Shown in pieces: positions 9,552 through 17,334 of a stretch of 64,000 bases of DNA. The notes under the pieces are model-generated. The model ran no database searches and was not told the origin of the DNA. It was given only the letters and a program-made list of their open reading frames with translations. Position numbers and translations under genes: made by a program. The stretch lies in contig OZ245002.1 in NCBI GenBank assembly GCA_965223415.1, forward strand, positions 5,312,001-5,376,000, in the 5' to 3' direction. This DNA comes from Myxococcota bacterium (GTDB lineage Bacteria; Myxococcota_A; UBA9160; UBA6930). How positions within the stretch are numbered: the first letter of the stretch is position 1; every line of letters begins with the position of its first letter.

Positions 9552-11240
9552 ATGGATCGACAGGCCGCCCTCGCGGCGCTGACGGCGCCGGGACAGCCCT
9601 ACGAGCTCGAGGAGATCCTGCTCTACGGGCGCACCTGTCGGGCCTTCAAGCACGGGCCGTCGACCCTGCGCGAGCTGTTCGAGGACGCCCGCAGCGACCT
9701 GGCCTTCCTCGTCTACGGCGAAGAGCGTCTCACGTTCGAGGACGCCTGGCAGGGCGCGTCGCGGATCGCCGCGCTGCTGGTCGGGGAGTACGGGGTCGAG
9801 CCCGGCGACCGGGTCGCGATCTCGATGCGCAACTACCCGGAGTGGATCCTCGCCTTCACCGCCGCGACCTCGATCGGGGCGGTGGCGGTCGCGATGAACG
9901 CCTTGTGGCAGCCCGACGAGATGGCCTACGCGCTTCGGGACAGCGGCGCCAAGGTCCTGTTCGCCGACCAGGAGCGGGTGGAGCGTTTGGCGGGCGCCTC
10001 CCGGGCCTTCCCCTCCCTCGGCGTGCTCGCCGTCCGCGCCGGCGAGCTCCACGGCCTGCGCGCCCGGCGGCTCGAAGAGGCCCTGGCCGAAGCCGGCCCC
10101 GCCCCCATGCCGGAGGCCGCCGTCGCCCACGACGACGACGCGACGATCTTCTACACCTCGGGCTCCACCGGCCACCCCAAGGGCGTGGTCGCCTGCCATC
10201 GCAACATCCTGTCGGCGCTCCTCTCCTGGGAGCTCGACGCCCACGCCGGTGCGTTGATGCGGAACCGCGAGCTGCGCCCGGCCGGCCAGGCGACGCTCCT
10301 GGGCGTGCCGCTCTTCCACGTGACCGGCTCCCACGCGGTCTACCTGGCGTCCTACCGTCCCCAGCGGCGGATCGTCGCCATGTACAAGTGGGACGTGGAG
10401 CAGGCGGCGGAGCTCATCGAGCGCGAGCGCATCACCTCCGTCGTGGCGACGCCGGCGATGACCGGCGATCTCGTGGCGGCAGCCCGCCGGACGAACCGGG
10501 ACCTGAGCTCCCTCGCCGTCGTGGGCGGAGGCGGCGCGCCGAGAGCGCCCTCCCAGGTGCGCAACATCGACCGGGTGTTCGACCGGGCCCAGCCGAACAC
10601 GGGCTGGGGCATGACCGAGACGAACGCCATCGGGGCCGGAATCATGGGCCCGGAGTACCTCGACCATCCGGAGAGCTCAGGCCGCTGCTCCGCGGTCCTC
10701 GACCTGCGGATCGTCGACGAGGCCGGCCGCGAGCTGGCGCCCGGCGAGCGCGGCGAGCTGCAGGTACGAGGCACCTCCGTCGTGCGCAGCTACTGGCAAC
10801 GACCGGACGCCGATGCCGAGACCTTCGTCGACGGCTGGCTGCGCACCGGCGACGTCGCCTACCTGGACGAAGAGGGCTTCCTCTACATCGTCGACCGCAT
10901 CAAGGACCTGGTGATCCGCGGCGGGGAGAACATCGGCTGCGGCGCCGTCGAGGCCGCCCTGCTCGAGCACCCCCACGTGGTCGAGGCCTCGGTCTACAGC
11001 GTGCCCGACGAGCGCCTCGGTGAAGAGGTAGGCGCCACGATCTACGCGGAGCCCGCCGTCGACGAACGGGAGCTGCGCGCCTTCCTCGAGCCGCGTCTCG
11101 CGCGGTTCGAGATTCCCCGCTTCCTGCGCTTCACCTCCTCGCCGCTGCCACGCACCGCTTCCGGGAAGATCCTGAAGCGCCAGCTCCGCGAGGAGGCCCT
11201 CCGCGCGCTCGGCCTCGGGCACGACGGAAGCCCGGGTTGA
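9552..11240 (+). CDS. Long-chain acyl-CoA synthetase / AMP-binding enzyme
   Basis: YTSGSTGHPKG, GWGMTET, RTGD, DRIKDLVIRGGENI and PRTASGKILK motifs. Confidence 0.93.
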   Translation: MDRQAALAALTAPGQPYELEEILLYGRTCRAFKHGPSTLRELFEDARSDLAFLVYGEERLTFEDAWQGASRIAALLVGEYGVEPGDRVAISMRNYPEWILAFTAATSIGAVAVAMNALWQPDEMAYALRDSGAKVLFADQERVERLAGASRAFPSLGVLAVRAGELHGLRARRLEEALAEAGPAPMPEAAVAHDDDATIFYTSGSTGHPKGVVACHRNILSALLSWELDAHAGALMRNRELRPAGQATLLGVPLFHVTGSHAVYLASYRPQRRIVAMYKWDVEQAAELIERERITSVVATPAMTGDLVAAARRTNRDLSSLAVVGGGGAPRAPSQVRNIDRVFDRAQPNTGWGMTETNAIGAGIMGPEYLDHPESSGRCSAVLDLRIVDEAGRELAPGERGELQVRGTSVVRSYWQRPDADAETFVDGWLRTGDVAYLDEEGFLYIVDRIKDLVIRGGENIGCGAVEAALLEHPHVVEASVYSVPDERLGEEVGATIYAEPAVDERELRAFLEPRLARFEIPRFLRFTSSPLPRTASGKILKRQLREEALRALGLGHDGSPG

Positions 11241-12730
11241 ACCGCGCGGCGCGGTCCGCGGTGCCTTCCACGGCCGTGGCCCGGCAAGCGCAGCCCGACG
11301 AAGGAGCACCCCTCCCCGGATCGCTCGTCCGCTGGTACTCCCTCGGCGCCCTGCCCGGCGGCGTCGCCCTCTCCTCGGGCAGCTTCCTCGTCTTCTACTA
11401 CAACCAGGTGCTCGGGGTCCCGGCCGCGACCGTGGGCCTGGCCATCCTGGCGGCGTCCATCTTCGACGCGCTCACGGACCCGGTCGCCGGGGCCATCTCC
11501 GACCGCACCCGCACCCGCTGGGGACGCCGCCATCCCTACCTCTACGCTCTCTCGGTCCCCCTTGGCCTGGTGTTCTACCTCGTGTGGGTGCCGCCGGCGG
11601 CGCTCTCGCCGCCGGCCCTCGTCGCCTGGCTCGTGTGCTGGCTCCTCGTGCAGCGCCTGCTCGGGACGTTCTACACCGTGCCCTACCTGGCGCTGGGCGC
11701 CGAGCTGACCCAGGACTACCACGAGCGCACGCGCATCACGACGGTTCGCTCGTATCTCTCGAACATCGGGCGCTCCGCGTCCGGAGCGCTGCTCCTGCTC
11801 GTCTTCCTGGCTCCGACCGACGCCTTCCCCAACGGCCAGCTCAACCCCGAGGGCTACCCCCCCTACGCCGTCCTCTGCGCCTTCGTCACGGCGGCTTGCC
11901 TGTGGCTGAGCGCCTGGAAGACCCGCTCGGAGATCGGCCGGCTCTCCCAGGCGGGCGCCACGGTGTCACTCCGCACCGCGCTCACGGCGCCCTTTCGCGA
12001 CGTGCGGGACGCGCTGCACTACCGCTCCTTTCGCTCCCTGACCTTCTGCGTCGTGCTCCAGTACACGGCCTGGGGCATCTCCGACGCCCTCGGGCTCTAC
12101 ATGGCGACGTACTTCTGGGGCATCTCGACGAACGTGCTGTTCGTGTGGGGCATCGGCATGTTCAGCGGGCTCTTCCTGGGCTTCGGCCTATGGCGGCGAT
12201 GGGGCGCGCGTCTCGAGAAGCGGACGGTCTACCTGATCGGCACCACGGGCTACCTCTTCTCGTTCATCACTCCCTACGTCCTGAAGGTCGCGGGTTTCTG
12301 GCCCGACCCGGAGAGCGCCCTCTACCTGCCCCTCTACATCGGCATGACCGGCTTCGTGGCCCACGTGTTCTCGGCGGGCCCGTCGATCATGACCGGCTCC
12401 ATGCTGGGCGACGTCACGGACCTCGACGAGGCCACCGGTGGCCGCCGGAGAGAGGGCGTCATCTTCGGGGCGGAGTCCCTGGCCTACAAGATGTTCGTGG
12501 GCCTCGGGCCGGTCCTGGCTGGCCTGGTGGTCGACTCCTCGGGCATCGGCCCGGACACCCCGCCCGGTGAGGCGCCAGCCGGCGCCGTGGCCGCCCTGGG
12601 CCTGGGCCAGGGCGGGAGCATGCTGCTCCTCTTCCTGGCGAGCCTCGTCTTTCTCGTCCGCTACGACCTCACCCGCGAACGACACGCGGAGGTCCTGCAG
12701 CGGATCACCGAGCGGCGGAACGCGGACTAG
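11237..12730 (+). CDS. MFS transporter, glycoside-pentoside-hexuronide (MelB-like) family
   Basis: DALTDPVAGAISDRTRTRWGRRHPY, VPYLALGAELTQDYHERT and RREGVIFG; multiple hydrophobic helices; TTG start overlaps the ligase stop. Confidence 0.88.
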   Translation: MNRAARSAVPSTAVARQAQPDEGAPLPGSLVRWYSLGALPGGVALSSGSFLVFYYNQVLGVPAATVGLAILAASIFDALTDPVAGAISDRTRTRWGRRHPYLYALSVPLGLVFYLVWVPPAALSPPALVAWLVCWLLVQRLLGTFYTVPYLALGAELTQDYHERTRITTVRSYLSNIGRSASGALLLLVFLAPTDAFPNGQLNPEGYPPYAVLCAFVTAACLWLSAWKTRSEIGRLSQAGATVSLRTALTAPFRDVRDALHYRSFRSLTFCVVLQYTAWGISDALGLYMATYFWGISTNVLFVWGIGMFSGLFLGFGLWRRWGARLEKRTVYLIGTTGYLFSFITPYVLKVAGFWPDPESALYLPLYIGMTGFVAHVFSAGPSIMTGSMLGDVTDLDEATGGRRREGVIFGAESLAYKMFVGLGPVLAGLVVDSSGIGPDTPPGEAPAGAVAALGLGQGGSMLLLFLASLVFLVRYDLTRERHAEVLQRITERRNAD

Positions 12731-13916
12731 CCCCCCAGGGCCGCGCCCAGAGCTCCCGGGGACCGCGAAGGGTCCCGTGGAGGATCTCGGACGGCCGATC
12801 CGGGCAGGGCTGCATCGCCGGGAAGCGCCGCAGGAGCGTCTCGAGGCCGGTCTCGAGGACCCGGCGCGCCATGTGGGTGCCGATGCAGAAGTGCTCGCCG
12901 TGGCCGAAGGCCAGGTGTTGCCCCGTCCGCGACGGATCGAACACGCGGGGGTTCGGGAACTCCGCGGGGTCGCTGTTGGCGCTGGCAATGCTCAGCATGA
13001 CGTTGTCGCCCGGCTCGAGGGTGTACGCACCGAGCCGCACCTCCGCGACGCAGCGCCGCGGGACCAGCGCCAGGGGCGGCTGCCAGCGCAGCAGCTCCTG
13101 CACGATTTGCTCGCGCTCGGCCTCCCCGCGCCGGGCCAGGGCCTTCAGCCCGTCGTCACGGAGCACGGTGTGGAGCAGGCTGCCCAGGCTGTTCGTGCTG
13201 GTGTCGATGCCGGCCGGGAACAGGTTGCGACACAAGGCGTAGACCTCCTCGTCGGAGAGCCCTTCCCCGTCGATCTCCGCGGTGACCAGCAGGGAGAGGA
13301 AGTCGTCTCCGGGGTTCTCGCGCCGCGCTCGGACGACGGGCTCCAGGTACGCGCCCATCTCCTCCTTCGCCTCCATGGCGCCGTCGAAGTCCCAGCCCTG
13401 GGCCATGATCCGATCCGCCCAGCTCATCAGTCGCTCCACATCGGTCACGGGAAGGCCGAGCAGCCGGGTGATGACGCCGAAGGTGTAGCGCCGGGCGAAG
13501 GTCGCCATGAGGTCGATGCTCTCGTCGGGTGCGGTCTTCGCCTCGATCTCGTCGGCGAGCTTGCCGGCTTCGTCGGCGAACACCGGCTTCACGAGGGCCT
13601 GGACCGCCCGCGGATAGAAGACCGCCGAGACGACGCCGCGGTTCTTGCGATGTTCGTTACCGGTCATCGTTGCCATCACCGGGCCCATCGTTCGGCCCAG
13701 GCTCCGCTTGTAGGCCTCCGCCGTCGAGAGGTGCGCCTCGTCGGTCATGGCGGCCTTCACCGCCTCGTGGCCGACGATCATCCACAGGGGTCGGGTCGCG
13801 AAGAGCACCGGCACCGCGGGACCCAGCGCTCGGAACTCCTCCAGCACGTCGTAGAGATCCGGCAGCGGATCGAGAGCGAAGTCGAGATCCGGTCGGATCA
13901 CCTCGGCGACGGTCAT
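12705..13916 (-). CDS. Cytochrome P450
   Basis: I-helix AGIDTS, ExxR (ELLR) and heme motif FGHGEHFCIG; start MTVAEV at 13916. Confidence 0.93.
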   Translation of the reverse strand: MTVAEVIRPDLDFALDPLPDLYDVLEEFRALGPAVPVLFATRPLWMIVGHEAVKAAMTDEAHLSTAEAYKRSLGRTMGPVMATMTGNEHRKNRGVVSAVFYPRAVQALVKPVFADEAGKLADEIEAKTAPDESIDLMATFARRYTFGVITRLLGLPVTDVERLMSWADRIMAQGWDFDGAMEAKEEMGAYLEPVVRARRENPGDDFLSLLVTAEIDGEGLSDEEVYALCRNLFPAGIDTSTNSLGSLLHTVLRDDGLKALARRGEAEREQIVQELLRWQPPLALVPRRCVAEVRLGAYTLEPGDNVMLSIASANSDPAEFPNPRVFDPSRTGQHLAFGHGEHFCIGTHMARRVLETGLETLLRRFPAMQPCPDRPSEILHGTLRGPRELWARPWGASPRSAAR

Positions 13917-13929
13917 GGGGCCCTCCTTC

Positions 13930-14355
13930 TCAGCGCGAGCACGGGCGGAAGCGAGGGATGGCGAGGTCATCGCTCATGTCCTCCCAGACCACCTCGACGG
14001 GCATGCCGATGGTGACCGCCTCCGGCGGGGCGCCCACCAGGTTCGAGAGGATGCGCAGGCCGCCGGACTCGTGGAGCGCGATCACCGCGATGACGAAGGG
14101 AAGCTCCTGGCCCGCCGCGATCGGCCGGTGGACGATCGTGTAGGTGTAGACCTCTCCCTGGCCGGGAACTTCCAGCCAGCCGGCATGGTCGGAGCGGCAC
14201 TCCGGGCAGACCGGTGCCGGCGGAAGCCGCGTATGGCCGCAGGCAGCGCACCGCTGCACGACGAGGCGATGCTCGGCCGCGGCCTCCCACCACGGAAGGG
14301 TCGTCGTATCCGCCAGGGGGGGCGGCATGCTGTCGGGAAAGAACCGTTCGCTCAT
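13930..14355 (-). CDS. Stand-alone DUF35 Zn-ribbon/OB-fold protein (like the ChsH2 C-terminal domain)
   Basis: C-terminal part of ORF 13930..15483 from MSERFF: PWWEAAAEHRLVVQRCAAC...PVCPEC, GEVYTYTIVH and IGMPVEVVW. Confidence 0.9.
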   Translation of the reverse strand: MSERFFPDSMPPPLADTTTLPWWEAAAEHRLVVQRCAACGHTRLPPAPVCPECRSDHAGWLEVPGQGEVYTYTIVHRPIAAGQELPFVIAVIALHESGGLRILSNLVGAPPEAVTIGMPVEVVWEDMSDDLAIPRFRPCSR

Positions 14356-15575
14356 CGGCTCCCCAGGACCACGGCGCTGGACGGGACGCAGGCGCCGCTC
14401 GTGACGAGGCAGACCTCCGCGCCCTCCACCGGGCTCGTCGATTCGCCCCGCAAGGAGCGGACGCCCTCCACCACGTGGTTGAGCCCGTGGATGTAGGCCT
14501 CCGAGAGACTTCCGCCGTGGGTGTTGGTGGGCAGGCTCCCGCCCTCCCAGGCGAGGGCACCGCTCTCGATGAAGGGGCCGGCCTCTCCCCGCCCGCAGAA
14601 GCCGAAGTCCTCGATCTGCATCAGGACGCAGCCGGTGAAGTGGTCGTAGATCTGCGCCACGTCCACGTCCTTCGGGCCCACGCCCGCCTTGCCCCACAGC
14701 CGGTGGGCCATCTCCTCGGTGCCGCCGGTGGCATAGATCTCGTCGGCGACGTTGGCGTTGGTGAAGGGGCCGAAGGCGTAGCCGCGGGGGGCGCCCTGCT
14801 CGCTCGCAACGATCTCCACCGGCTGCTTCGCCAGATCCCGGGCGCGCTCCTCGGTGGTCACGACCACGGCGCAGGCGCCGTCGCTCTCGAGGCAGCAATC
14901 GAACAGCCGGTGCGGGTCGGCGATCATCGGCGAGGCCTGGTGGTCCTCCAACGTCATCGTGCGCCCGCCCATCACGGCCCGGGGGTTCCGGCTGGCGTGC
15001 TCCCGAAAGGTCACCGCCAGCATCCCGAGCTGCTCGCTGGTCGTTCCGTAGAGGTGCATGTGCCGCCGGGTCGGCAGGGCGTAGGCGGCCGCCGCCATCA
15101 GCAGGCCGTAGGGCATGGCGAAGCCCATCGACGCCAGCATGAGCGAGCTGGCGGCCTGGACGGTCGGGGGCGCCGGATCGATCGGGGCGCTCAGGTCCTG
15201 GCCGGCGGTCCCGAAGCGGAAGAACTGGCCTTGGCAGAGCGAGCGGTAGACCACCACCACTTCCGCCTGCCCCGTCTCCACGGCCATCGCCGCGTTGCCG
15301 ACGGCCGCACAGCCGCCGCCGCCGCCGGGCAGCCAGACCATGTTGGCGAAGCGCAGGGACGGAAGGCCCAGCTCGGCCGCGAGGAAGGTGGCCTCGTTGC
15401 GATCCTCGGCGAAGGATGCCAGCCCGTCGACGTCCGAGACGTCGAGCCCCGCATCCGCCACCGCCCGCTGGATCGCCTGGCACGCGAGGGCATGCTCCGT
15501 CACGTCGCCGATCTTCCCCCAGCGCGCGTAGACGGTCTCGCCGACCCCGACGATGTGGGCCTTGCGTCCGCTCAC
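14352..15575 (-). CDS. SCP-x-type thiolase-fold protein, Ltp2-like retro-aldolase
   Basis: From GTG 15575: AHIVGVGET, DAGLDVSDVDGL, QIYDHFT and NTHGGSLSEAYIHGLN, the motifs recalled for Ltp2-type aldolases; adjacent to DUF35. Confidence 0.85.
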   Translation of the reverse strand: MSGRKAHIVGVGETVYARWGKIGDVTEHALACQAIQRAVADAGLDVSDVDGLASFAEDRNEATFLAAELGLPSLRFANMVWLPGGGGGCAAVGNAAMAVETGQAEVVVVYRSLCQGQFFRFGTAGQDLSAPIDPAPPTVQAASSLMLASMGFAMPYGLLMAAAAYALPTRRHMHLYGTTSEQLGMLAVTFREHASRNPRAVMGGRTMTLEDHQASPMIADPHRLFDCCLESDGACAVVVTTEERARDLAKQPVEIVASEQGAPRGYAFGPFTNANVADEIYATGGTEEMAHRLWGKAGVGPKDVDVAQIYDHFTGCVLMQIEDFGFCGRGEAGPFIESGALAWEGGSLPTNTHGGSLSEAYIHGLNHVVEGVRSLRGESTSPVEGAEVCLVTSGACVPSSAVVLGSR

Positions 15576-16000
15576 GCCGCGCCCACCCGGGGCAGGCTGA
15601 GCTCGACCGTGCCGGTGGCGTGGTCCCCGAGGTCGTTCGCCGCGCGGACCCTCACCTCGACCACTCTCTCGTCGCCTTCTTCTTCCACGCGGGTCACCTG
15701 GCCCGTGAAGCGCAGCGCCTGGCCGGGAACCGCCGGGCCGCCGAGGCGGATGCGGATGCTGCGCACCATGGTCTCGACACCGGCCCAATCGGTGACGTAG
15801 CGCGCCACGTAGCCGTTGGTGGTGAGGATGTTCATGAACATGTCCGGGGCACCCTGGCCCCGGGCGTACTCGGGATCGTGGTGGGCGGGCATGAAGTCGC
15901 GCGACGCGATCGCGCCGGCGACGATCACCGTCGAGGTCACCGGAAGGGCGAACTCCGGAAGAGTGTCACCGACCGCGACCGCCGGGGCCTGGGACGTCAC
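15572..16000 (-). CDS. MaoC-like (R)-hydratase subunit, ChsH1-like
   Basis: From GTG 16000: GDTLPEF...ASRDFMPAHHD...DMFMNILTT.GYVARYVTDWAG...NDLGDHATGTVELS, closely matching the remembered ChsH1 pattern. Confidence 0.88.
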   Translation of the reverse strand: MTSQAPAVAVGDTLPEFALPVTSTVIVAGAIASRDFMPAHHDPEYARGQGAPDMFMNILTTNGYVARYVTDWAGVETMVRSIRIRLGGPAVPGQALRFTGQVTRVEEEGDERVVEVRVRAANDLGDHATGTVELSLPRVGAA

Positions 16001-16569
16001 TTCGCACCTCCCAGCTTGCTGAGGTCGATCGTGCTCGGATCGAACTTCAGGATGCGGAAGAGCTGCCGCCCCACGATCTCGCCCTCCCCGTCCCGGTAGG
16101 TCGTGATCCAGGTGAGGAAGTAGCCTTGCCCGAGGCCGGTCTTCTTGCGGGCCGAGATCGACTCGAGCTCGTTGGTGGTGTGGAGCCGGTCGCCGGGGCG
16201 AAGGTAACGGACGAACTCGAGCTCCGAGTTGGTCGCCAGCGTGCCGTTGTACCCGGCCTCGTCGAGGACCGGGATCGGGTTGTCGACCTGGATCTCCCCC
16301 GGCGCCCCGCCGCGCTCGGCGATGCCCTCGATCTTGGGGCGGGGCATCGTCCAGGCCTGGAGCATCGCCGGAGGCGCGACGATTCCCCCGAAACGGCTCC
16401 GGGCCGCGGCCTCCTCGTCGAGGTAGACCGGGTTGCGATCGTCCAGGGCGTCCACCCAGTGACGGATCATCGGCACGTTGACCGGATCCGGCGCCTCCGC
16501 CGGCGGGCCCATGGGCTCGCCGACGTACTTCTCGAGTCGTTCTCGTAGCTCGTCCACGCTTTCCGTCAT
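15997..16569 (-). CDS. MaoC-like hydratase subunit equivalent to the ChsH2 N-terminal domain (no DUF35 fused)
   Basis: From ATG 16569: DPVNVPMIRHWVDALDDRNPVYLD, GIVAPPAMLQAWTM, ATNSELEFVRYLRPG, KKTGLGQGYF and RILKF; ends after 190 aa. Confidence 0.88.
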   Translation of the reverse strand: MTESVDELRERLEKYVGEPMGPPAEAPDPVNVPMIRHWVDALDDRNPVYLDEEAAARSRFGGIVAPPAMLQAWTMPRPKIEGIAERGGAPGEIQVDNPIPVLDEAGYNGTLATNSELEFVRYLRPGDRLHTTNELESISARKKTGLGQGYFLTWITTYRDGEGEIVGRQLFRILKFDPSTIDLSKLGGAK

Positions 16570-17213
16570 GTTCCTTCCCGCTGCGAGGGTGGGGAGAGAG
16601 CGGCCACGCCGAGGCCGCGCAGGGCGAAGCGGGCGAAGGCGGCGGCGGTTTCCTTGACGGGCGGGGGCGCCCCGAGACGGCTTCGGGCGCCCATGGCCCC
16701 GACCACCAGGGTGCCGAGGCAGCTCCGGTCGGCCGGGGTGACCACACGCTGCAGCTCGCCCCGCTCGAAGCCGGCATCGAGGATCTGGTCCACCGCGTCG
16801 TTGAAGTTCTTCAGCACCAGCGCGAACTCGGTGCCGCCGGGCCCCTCCTCGGCCGTCGCATCGTAGACTGGGATCGGGAAGGCGATGCCGCGGAAGAACT
16901 CCCGGTTCTCGTCCACCCGCAGCAGACAGCTCTCGAAGAACGCGGCGAGCTGCTCCTCGATGCCATGGGCGCGGGCGATGCGCCGAGCGAGGGCCTCCGC
17001 CAGCTCCTCCCGGCGAGCCGCGAAGCAGCCCTTCAGGATTTCGTCCTTCGACGGGAAGTACTCGTAGACGGTGCTGCGGCTGAGTCCCGCGCGGCGGGCG
17101 ATCTGGTCGACGGAGGCCTGCTCGAAGCCGCTCTCGCTGATGACCTCGCTCGCCGCCTTCAGGATCTGGCTGCGGCGGTAGGATTGGAGCACTTCGACGG
17201 GCGCCTTCGACAC
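16566..17213 (-). CDS. TetR/AcrR family transcriptional regulator
   Basis: HTH region RRSQILKAA...GFEQASVDQIARRAGLSRSTVYEYFPSKDEI; start uncertain (GTG 17213). Confidence 0.9.
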   Translation of the reverse strand: MSKAPVEVLQSYRRSQILKAASEVISESGFEQASVDQIARRAGLSRSTVYEYFPSKDEILKGCFAARREELAEALARRIARAHGIEEQLAAFFESCLLRVDENREFFRGIAFPIPVYDATAEEGPGGTEFALVLKNFNDAVDQILDAGFERGELQRVVTPADRSCLGTLVVGAMGARSRLGAPPPVKETAAAFARFALRGLGVAALSPPSQREGT

Positions 17214-17241
17214 GGCTGCAGGTGCTCCCCGAATGGGACGG

Positions 17242-17290
17242 TTGCCTAGACGATCGGACAAGCGTACGATATCTCAGACACCTGTCCGAT
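17242..17290. promoter_or_regulatory. Promoter with two tandem palindromic operator candidates
   Basis: Plus-strand TTGCCT(17242-47)-17 nt-TACGAT(17265-70); near-palindromes TCGGACA-ag-CGTACGA (17254-69) and TCAGACA-cc-TGTCCGA (17274-89). Confidence 0.6.
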
Positions 17291-17334
17291 ACAAGCCGCA
17301 CGGCGCGGCACAACCCCCTCGAGAGCAACGCGAC

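Noticed and set aside
12705..13916. Calling the P450 CYP125 and the cluster a true igr operon
   Set aside because: The P450 family cannot be established by eye, and gene order and ACAD type differ from igr; reported only as igr-like.
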